A stretch of 64,000 nucleotides of DNA from Octopus sinensis (lineage: Eukaryota). Position 1 is the stretch's first letter. The number at the start of each line of letters is the position of its first letter. Both the position numbers and the translations under genes were made by a program. The notes beneath the pieces are model-generated. The model saw only the letters and a program-made list of their open reading frames with translations. It made no database searches and was not told the origin of the DNA. Below, one piece after another: positions 54,718 through 64,000 of this stretch. Where the stretch lies: assembly GCF_006345805.1 (NCBI RefSeq), contig NC_043007.1:6386001-6450000 (forward strand). Reading direction: 5' to 3'.

Positions 54718-57700
54718 TAATTGGGATAATTGATATTTGAATTCGAAAGGAAAGAATAAATTAGCATGAGGCTTACACATTCCCTATTTTCACGTGAATG
54801 AAATTATGTAGTCCCGACTAGAGATAAGGATCACAATGCAAATTCTGCGTGTTAATTGTATTAATTTTCTTAACTCTCGTTCAAAATCTTGACAAGATTA
54901 AAGAGGTGAAACAAATGGTTGAACCGACCCTTGCGTGTGAACTGAGGAATATTTTTCACTCCGTACAATAAAAAAGGCCAAATCAAATTCAATAATAATT
55001 GGGTGCACAATACGAAAGGACTAGAATGAACGACGGTAGAAGGGACTTATGTGAAAAAAATATTATATTTGATTAAATCAATTCGTGTGTATAACATTTG
55101 TTTGTGTTTTATTATCTGACCGTTGCAGAATTTGTACTCTGAACGTGAGTATATATCTTAAGTATTGTAGCATATTTAGGTCAATATTCTGCTATTTCTA
55201 CCTCTAAAAATATTTAAACTTTACTGTATTGCAATAACTTGGAAACGTATGTGCCTAAATAATACAACCCTAAATGCCAGTCACATTCGTTGGAGTAATG
55301 AATTCTCAATAAAAGCAGAAATATTGCTTTCAAAACTGCAATTAAACCGCCATCATCAAACATGGCAGAGTATTATCATGGTAATTAGTTGTCACTCAGA
55401 TTTGCTTTAATAATTTTCACTGGTTGAGTAAGCCGACAGATTCCAGAGTTTAATTTAATAAAACTGATTAGACAATAACTAGTTGGATTTATTATTTGAT
55501 TCTTAGTTTCTGCTTTCTAACATTCCAGCCTGCTACATATTTTCAAATGAAAAGTATCCCATTAATATTCCCAACCAGTAATTTTTATGAATTATTGAGC
55601 AAAAGATTAAAGCAAAATATAAAAGGCATTTGGCAAAACATCCATTTTGTCAAAAATCTGCCAAATTCATTGCTATATTTAGAAGTCAGTATTAAGAAAT
55701 TATTCAGAATATTTTTTGTGGTGTTTGTCGAGAATGAATCCCACATCTTTTCAATGAAAGAACAAATCAAAAATATAAGTAGAGTGTATGTATGTATGTG
55801 TATGTATGTATGTATGTATGTATGTATGTATGTATGCATGCATGTATATATTGTATGTATGTATGCATGTATGCATGTGTCTCTGTGCGTGTGTGTGTGT
55901 ATGTATTCAGGTTAGTAGGTAGGTAGTTATCTGTGTGTATATATGTGCATGTGTATATGTGTGTTTATGAGTGTTTATATGGCTGCATTCATTTATAAAA
56001 TTACTTGTAGAGTTACTACATTGGAACCGTTAATCATATAATGTTTCTCTACTCAGGTTCCGGGTTCGATTTTTAGTAAGAACAGATACAACTCCAAAAT
56101 ATTGCAAATGTTGGCCCAAGTGTAATTAAAACTCGAATGTACTCTGATGGTGACAAAGCGCAAATGTATGTGTGTATGCTATATTCTGCCATCCACTCCT
56201 AATTTTCGGGAAAGGTCCTTGTGTCATCGGATCAATATATTAACAGCTCACCATTCTCGAGCATTCAAGCAGAGCAAAGATTAATTCAAAAGAATGAATT
56301 CTTATGCGTTCCACATTTTGCTCATTTTTGCCATTGAGGATATTTAAATCACGGGGAAGGACAATTTGACATCTGAAGATGCCGTATAAACTGTGTTTGA
56401 ATGGTAAATATATGTTCGCAGAGTGGAATATCTTGATTTGTAGTTTTAAGAATATATTGTGGAAGAAACCAATTTTGCTAAGTTTTATTTTATCTGTAGT
56501 CTAAAGGAGAGAAAACATATTTTCTTTCTGGCTGCACTTCGTTTCGTTACGCTTAACACTATAAACATCGAGAAGTAATGACACCTTGAATACTTCTTTA
56601 TCGTCAACGGCCTGCTCAGGCTCTCTTGACTTAACAGACGGATGTTATTATGTACCGCCAGTCACAATGCACTTCCTCACACTATTGTACATTTCGAATG
56701 TTGCTCTCTCGTTTGCAGGGCGAGCGGGCCTTCAGGACGGCATATGGTGTTTAAGTAAGCGAGATCACAATATTTCTACTGCAAGGAACGCCAGTCAGTC
56801 GCGAGGTTGACTCCCTTAATATGGAGTAGACCCGTACATATAGGAATCTGATGAATTTACTAACGTCGAATTTTATAACTTGTGACATGTGACAAAACTG
56901 AATGTTTTATAAAAGTAGTAAGATTTTGGTGTGAAGAATTTAAGCTCTATTAAACTAGGTGAAGCTAAGACTTTATAACATACACCAAAATAGGTGACAG
57001 GTCAAGCATCAGCTGTTAATATTTTGCCCGTTTTTTTTTGTTTTTAATTCTGATTCCCTGTTCAATAGTTATTAGATCAATACGAAAACATTGGCAGCGT
57101 ATGTGAAACAATATGTCTCCTATCGACATGAAATACCATTGCGGCTTTAGCTCGGAATCCATTGATTCTTAGTTTTTACTACAGTGTGTTCTCTGATGAA
57201 TCTGCAGTGTTTGAATAAGAGTTTTGTCTGTCACACATAAACGTATAACGATTCAGTTAGAAATTACAAATTCACCCGAGTTGACTCGAATACTTCCAAC
57301 AAAACTTCTAAAGAAATTAATGGGAAATCAATCTTTGTGTCTGAAAGACAATTCCAAATGGTAGTCATAAACGATTTATCTGTTCGAACATAAGCAGAAG
57401 GGGGGAAAAAAGTTACGTTATTGATTTTTGTATCTTCACTCTATCGGTATTACAGACCTGATGATGTCATTATACTAATGTATCCGCAACAATTCACATA
57501 ATCACCCGAGAATTCATTCCAGTTACTCACAAAACATACAAAAATTATAAAGTCAATTCCTTCTCTCTTTCTTTCTCTCTCTCTCGATCGCTCTCTCTCT
57601 TCTTTTTCTTTCATTATATGTTTATTATAAACGCTCTTTGTGTTCTGCTAGAATCTATATCAACAGTTCTATCTGCTACATCACTGTAATTTCTGCCTGT

Positions 57701-58456
57701 TCGTATTTATTAATCTCTTTTATCCTCACATGCTTATTATAAACGTTCCCTTTGTTTTCGTGGAATCTATATCCATTGCCAAATCACTGCCGTGGCTACC
57801 CCCGCTGTTTTGTTGATATTAAAAACTATGCATTAAATGAATACACATGTGGCTGAAGTTGAAATATAGACACATATAAGTCAGTAGAAAACAAAAGCAG
57901 AGCAATGAAAGAGAGACAGTTACTCAACTATAATATGACTCTTTTCATCCATTTATTAATAATTCCGAAGAATAAAACCTACAACTGAAGTGCAATATTT
58001 AAGCTTATTTTTCAATCACATGCGTCACACCAATCTATGACACACACGCTCACACACACACACACAAAAACACACAGACGCACACACATATATGTGTTTT
58101 AATAGATATTTCTCTATATATGAATACTTTGATATTCATATACATATAAGTATATGTGTCATTGTATATAATATATGTATATATATATAGATATATATAT
58201 ATATACATATATTTATACATACATATATATATATATATGTATATGTATATGTTTGCATGTATATATGTATATATATATATATACATACATATATATATAC
58301 ATGCATATATTTATACATATATATATATGTTTGCATCTGTATATATATATATGTATACATATATATGTATATATATATACATACCTATATATATATATAT
58401 ATACATACATATATTTATATATACATATATATTTATATATATATATATACATACAC

Positions 58457-58495
<39 letters not shown>

Positions 58496-58572
58496 CGAAT
58501 GTGTGCATACCTGTGTGCATATATGTACATATATCTACACACACACATATATATTTGTATGCATGTATATGA

Positions 58573-58624
<52 letters not shown>

Positions 58625-59249
58625 CACAAATAACCCCCTCCGCGCGTACACGCACACACACATTCATTCATATGTGTAATTTGGTGTGTTGTCAAAGCAT
58701 TTATTTGAAACATAGCGGCAACTGTCTGTTATTATTTGTTTGTATTCTATCTTATTTTATATTTTTGATGGTGTCTCCACCTCACCTCACCCCGGATCGA
58801 ACACAATTGAGATCAAAGGCATTTCAACACTGATTCTCCCGTCTATATACAGTGATACAGTGTGTATTTAAGTGAGATTTAGCTACTATTTCTACCAGGT
58901 CAAAAGCAGCGCATAGTAACCCTCCCGTCGTCTCGTTTACATGCATCCTTTCATGCGTTCATCAGGTTCTTCTTTATCCGTATACTTTTTTTAGTAGTTT
59001 TATTTACACCTTTTTCTTCTTTTTTTTACTCGTTTTGATGGTGATATATCGTTTCAACCATATTCAGTTACCAAAATCTATATATGTATTATGCGTATGT
59101 ATATATGAATATGAATATGTACATACATGTATACATAGATGCGTACATGCATACATACATACATACACATACATACATACGCATACATACATACATACAT
59201 GCACATACATATATACATACATATATATATCACGCCTAAATACCAACAG

Positions 59250-60400
59250 ACTGTGCGTGACCTCATTCCTCCTCCTATCTCCCTTCCACCGCCTCCGAAT
59301 TCATTGTCCGCACTCCACGCACCGTCTCCGCCTGAAACTGCCCCACGGAATTGATCTCTGAATACCTCGACCATCTGTTTGCTCCCCCCCCCCAGTGGCT
59401 TCCCTCCCATCCCACATCCACGACACTGACCATGCTCTCCGTCTCTTTGACTCTTTCTCCTTCCCTCCTGGCTTCTCTAACTTCTCTTCACTCTTGATAT
59501 CACGAATTTATATTCGGTGATCCCACACAACAAAGGACTTCTTGCGCTGAAATATATTCTGGGCCTTCGAGCTAACCTCTAACCTGTCACCTCCACCCTT
59601 CTTCGTCTGGTTGAACTTGTTCTCTCCCTCAACTGCTTCCCGTTCGCGGAGTATTTTTACCTACACAGTCGGGATTAGCCAGGGAACGATAATGGACCCA
59701 AATTGCACAAACCAATTCGTTGGCTACGCTCAGGCCCAAATATTCTCACGATTTACTGATCTCACTCCCGAATTATACGGTCGTTATATCAACGACTGTA
59801 TCAGTGCGACCTCTCTTTCCTGCAAACAATTAGATTCCTTCCTCTCTTTTGTACAATCCTTCCATCCTGCTCTCGAATTCTCCTGTACTATTTCTAATTC
59901 TTCCCTCGAACATCTCGACATCACGCCCTGGTCTTCCACCCTTTCTGCTTTACAGTCATTCACTACAATATCTGTCTGTTCGGATAGTCTTTGCACATGG
60001 GCCATCTGGACTTCAGCCTTCGCCGTGAGCAGAATTAATCTTCTCTCTTCGCTCCTTTACGTCTCATGGGCTCAACTCCCTTCCTCTCTTCATCTGACAC
60101 CTACTTCCTCTCTTCGCTTGTACCTACCCCACACCTCCATACCACACTACCACACCACTCCACACACACTTGCACTGACCACCTCCCAGCACCTACACGT
60201 TACAGACGCACACACATACACACGCACGCACTTTCACGAGTCAGAGTCACGAGCCCCTATTCAAAAACACGCTTACGCATTCACACACACCATCCTCACA
60301 TCTACACACACGCAAGCGCACCTTCATTTGGGATCACCAGCACTTCATTATCTCCATTTCAACTAACTTTTTACTAATCATTCGCTATGCCTGACCCCCT
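59250..60400 (+). mobile_element. Penelope-like element reverse transcriptase relic
   Basis: Frameshifted fragments read TELISEYLDH, LDITNLYSVIPHNKGLLAL, STLLRLVELVLSLNCF, GISQGTIMDP, YGRYINDC (RYIDD-like) and FHPALEFSCTIS..LDI. Confidence 0.85.
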
Positions 60401-60555
60401 AAATCTACGTTTTTTTCTCTCATTCTCTCTGTTTATTTTCTCTTATTCCTTTCTGCTGAAGAGTTTAAGCTCAAAACGTAAAAGACATTTTCATATTTCC
60501 GAGCTTCAAACTCATACACCTGCTTCGTCTTTTGCTTTTGTATAAATTCCAACTA
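60400..60555 (+). mobile_element. pLTR of the Penelope-like element at 59250, with HHR at 60449-60484
   Basis: CUUU CUGCUGA A GAGU UUAA GCUC AAAA CGUA AAAG, directly downstream of the PLE RT relic. Confidence 0.65.
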
Positions 60556-60574
60556 TATATATATATATATAAAG

Positions 60575-60790
60575 TTAATACAAACAAGAAAACAAAAACA
60601 AAAAAACAACGCAAGGACGTGGAACAAATAAAGTATTATTGGACGCTCAGGGAAGAAGGGAAGAAGGAGGGTTGGACGTTTCGAGCGGAGCTCTTCGTCG
60701 GAAACATAGGAGAAGGAAAGATCCCGAGAAGGGAAAACAGGGGAAAAAAATCGCTAGTGATACAGACGAGGTCACATGAACTCATATACG
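60575..60790 (-). mobile_element. pLTR-like repeat, family 2, with HHR-like motif at 60671-60705
   Basis: Minus strand reads GUUU CCGACGA A GAGC UCC GCUC GAAA C GUC CAAC; homologous to 51235-51365. Confidence 0.6.
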
Positions 60791-61139
60791 TAAACACCAG
60801 AATTAAACTTTGCTATTTCACTATTTACTGAGTTAACCATAATGAACATTATTCCTCAGAGCACTTTAACATTCATCCACTGAATCGTGTGCACATAGAT
60901 TTCTAAATCACGTGTTGTCAACATTCTCCTCTCAAATATGCTTCTGTGCCATACCCCATAATAAAAAAAAAACATGTAAATCGGTATCACTCATTATGCA
61001 AAAATCTTATGACAAAGCTACATTGAAACACTGTAGATAAGATATTGTCTTGTGGGACCATCAGAAGACATATTTGCTACCCTGTTCTCCCCCACCCCAA
61101 TGTACTCATAGGAAGTGTATTGTATTTCTTTGAATCCTA

Positions 61140-61425
61140 GTATTAACTGTATGACCAGTCATGTTGTCTACAGCATAAAGTGCATGGAGGTGTATTGTAA
61201 GAACCGGAATACAACATACTTTGGGATGACTTCTCGGTGTTTAGCGGAGAGGCTATATAAACACTAGCGGGAGTATAATGGCAGGAAACAATTGTCTGTC
61301 AACTTGCCAAAGATAAACATGGTGGCATGCCGAGCTGAATTAGCAATGATCTCTTGTCTAAACACCCGAGAGACCCGTCGTTGCGACAGATACGCGAGTC
61401 TGTTATAAATAAGTCACTGGCAACA
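61140..61425 (+). mobile_element. Penelope-like GIY-YIG endonuclease relic
   Basis: NCMTSHVVYSIKC..TYFGMTSRCLAERLYKH*, and RDPSLRQIRESVINK in another frame. Confidence 0.7.
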
Positions 61426-62157
61426 CTGACTAGAAAATATACATGGTAGGCAGTAGGAATACAAGGCGTGTGGGTTGGGTGTGCGTGCGGGTATAGACGG
61501 GTAGGTAAAGGGTAGGACGACAGCAGGGTGCATGGAAATCCATAGAAATAAATACACATAACTGTGTACAATTCCAATACAAATACACACACGTCCACGC
61601 ACAAGCACGCACGCACGCGCATATGCATGCTTAATCATATAGAAACAAGAACACAGCATACACACAGCCCCGTACACAGACCACATGTACATACGTACGC
61701 ACATTCACACAGACACGTAGGCAACAATATATACACACACTCACACACACACACAGAGGAGAAGGCACATACAAAGGCATACATACACAGACGCTTAATA
61801 TTCAAAAATATCCACGATACCGCACACGCACGCAGATGCTCACACGTAAGCACACACTCACAGAATCGACTCAACCACAGAAATACGCTCACTACACCAC
61901 ACACTCACGAGCGAAGCGTACAGAGTGTGATACGCACACCTATACCTCACACCCCCACCGACAATATTCTTACCCCCCCTCTCATAAGAGGCCGCAGATG
62001 GCTAATGCGCACACTCACTGATAAAAACACAAACACACATACAAGCATCATGAGGCTCTACATCCACACCCACAAACACATTTGCATGAAGACACACACA
62101 CAAACTCATCGCCTACTCTGACCCTTCTCGTCTCTTGTAAGAATATCAGATACAGAA

Positions 62158-62272
62158 TGTCCAATTGGTGTATTAATACCAGACACGCGGATGGTTTAAG
62201 CTCATGAAATATCCATTTGGTGTATTAATATCAGACTCATGGATGGCTGAAACTTATGGAATATCCAATGGC

Positions 62273-62275
<3 letters not shown>
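62158..62275. repeat. 52-bp tandem repeat, ~2.3 units
   Basis: t(g/a)tcca(a/t)ttggtgtattaata(c/t)cagac..ggatgg repeats at 52-bp spacing. Confidence 0.8.
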
Positions 62276-62310
<35 letters not shown>

Positions 62311-62683
62311 CTATATATATATAAGCATTTATGTATGTCATATGTGTGCATATTAATGCATCCCAACTGCGCTAATCAATGAAGAAAAACGCCGTGCCGT
62401 ATCAATGACTTGTGCAATTAAGCAAGAAGACACCTATGTATTTGAAACGGATAGTTTGTTATCTCTAATTATTTTAAGTATGTACTAACTACAGCGTAAT
62501 CTTTGTTCGCAGATCGCGAATCTGTAACACAACAAATGCCTGTCTTTCCTTGCTTAATTCTTGGTGATTTGTGACTCGCAAATAATTATAAACGTGCTGC
62601 TTTGAGACTTGTTTGTCGGTTCGTTTCATTGATGTCTGCTCAATAACACCAGTAACATTTAACCGCTTCATTTTACAACACAG

Positions 62684-62812
62684 ACCTACCAAAATCTCCT
62701 CGAATCATACTGCTTGGGTTTGCATCAACATCCATTAGAAATAGATTACAATAACGATACTTCAACGGATATTTATAACATGAACAGTTCTTCGCCAGAA
62801 CAATTAAACTAT
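62684..62812 (+). CDS. Candidate 129-nt coding exon, unidentified
   Basis: ttttacaacacag acceptor and GTAAGT donor; open phase 0-0 frame reads TYQNLLESYCLGLHQHPLEIDYNNDTSTDIYNMNSSSPEQLNY. Confidence 0.25.
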
Positions 62813-63090
62813 GTAAGTAGAACCGTTTCTGTTTCCAGCTCAAAGATAAAGACATCAAGTAGCCTGCAGGCGTTTGCTTCTGTATTCAATTTGTTGCTTG
62901 CGATGCTCAAGGGAAGGATGTAGAAAATAGTTTCGGAATGTCAGCAGTGACGTCAGAGTATTGTCCCGTCCACTAATGACATTTAACCGACGTGATTAAT
63001 ATCACTAGATCACCCTATCAATCATCTGTGTGCGTATGCGTAATAAATGTATGTATGTATGTATGTATTGATGAGTAGATAGGTGCATTC

Positions 63091-63125
<35 letters not shown>

Positions 63126-63527
63126 TATGCCTGTGTATAATAGGACATACCTTCGAAGTCAGTCACCATTTTTCTGTTAAAGTAAAATACATATATGTGT
63201 ATATAATATATATATATATACACACAGATACAAACCAATATACACACGCACAGACCAACTCACATACATACACCAACATACACACAGCACACACACGCAC
63301 ATGTGAATCAATGCATGTGCACATATATCCCAAATATTTATAAGGATGAACTCAATCCCCAAAGAGAAGACGTACGCGGTGCAGTGGCTGTGGTTCAGCT
63401 GCTCGTAGCGTTGGTTTCAATCATGTTACAATGATTCAGCAAGTGTCTTCTAATTCTTAGCGGTGAGGTGAAGACACAATTTTTCGGTAGAGGAGAAACT
63501 CTCTGCAAGCGCATTCATGTTCCTGTG

Positions 63528-63563
<36 letters not shown>

Positions 63564-63568
<5 letters not shown>

Positions 63569-63712
63569 GGTAATTTCTTTAAAATTTTTTTAAATTATGT
63601 CATTTTAAGGAAAGGAAAAAATTTTTTCCAATATTCTCCAGACATTTTGACACAAATATATATATTTTTTAACATTTAAGCCTTCTGTCGTTTTTTCACA
63701 CTTTACTATTTT

Positions 63713-63720
<8 letters not shown>
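63564..63720 (+). repeat. Near-identical copy of Penelope pLTR segment 15350-15505
   Basis: aaaccggtaatttcttt...ctttactattttcttatata occurs at both sites; this copy is embedded in (TA)n. Confidence 0.9.
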
Positions 63721-63787
<67 letters not shown>

Positions 63788-64000
63788 CGTGTGTGTATAT
63801 ATATATATATGTGTGTGTGTATGTATGTATATATATAAGTTTGGTTGAGTTGCAAGTTAAAATAACCGTCTCAGGGATAAAGGTATCCATTATACTACCG
63901 GTGTATTACCTTTTTAATGAAATCGTTCGAGGAGTCTGATGAGATGTTTATAACACGTTTCAAAGGAGTACAGATGCAGGTTCACAAAGAATTAGTGTTT

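Overview
This is very AT-rich, repeat-dominated animal DNA. The SINE families, dense (TA)n/(CA)n/(TAGA)n microsatellites and transposon mix match a coleoid cephalopod, most likely Octopus (recognised from memory, not from a search). I recognise no complete protein-coding gene; almost all of the ORF track is microsatellite translation or transposon debris. Supported content: Penelope-like elements (RT and GIY-YIG fragments), an R4/Dong-type RLE LINE 3' end, Tx1/L1, CR1 and RTE relics, three mariner relics, a hATm-like transposon, two non-autonomous Helitrons, a MITE and many tRNA-derived SINEs, several of them nested. The strongest unexpected signal is at least three sequence families of type I hammerhead ribozyme (HHR) motifs with palindromic stem III. 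One is an apparently intact canonical HHR (23623-23684) inside a 507-bp-period direct-repeat unit that resembles a retrozyme or Penelope pseudo-LTR. A few splice-bounded candidate exons are listed at low confidence.
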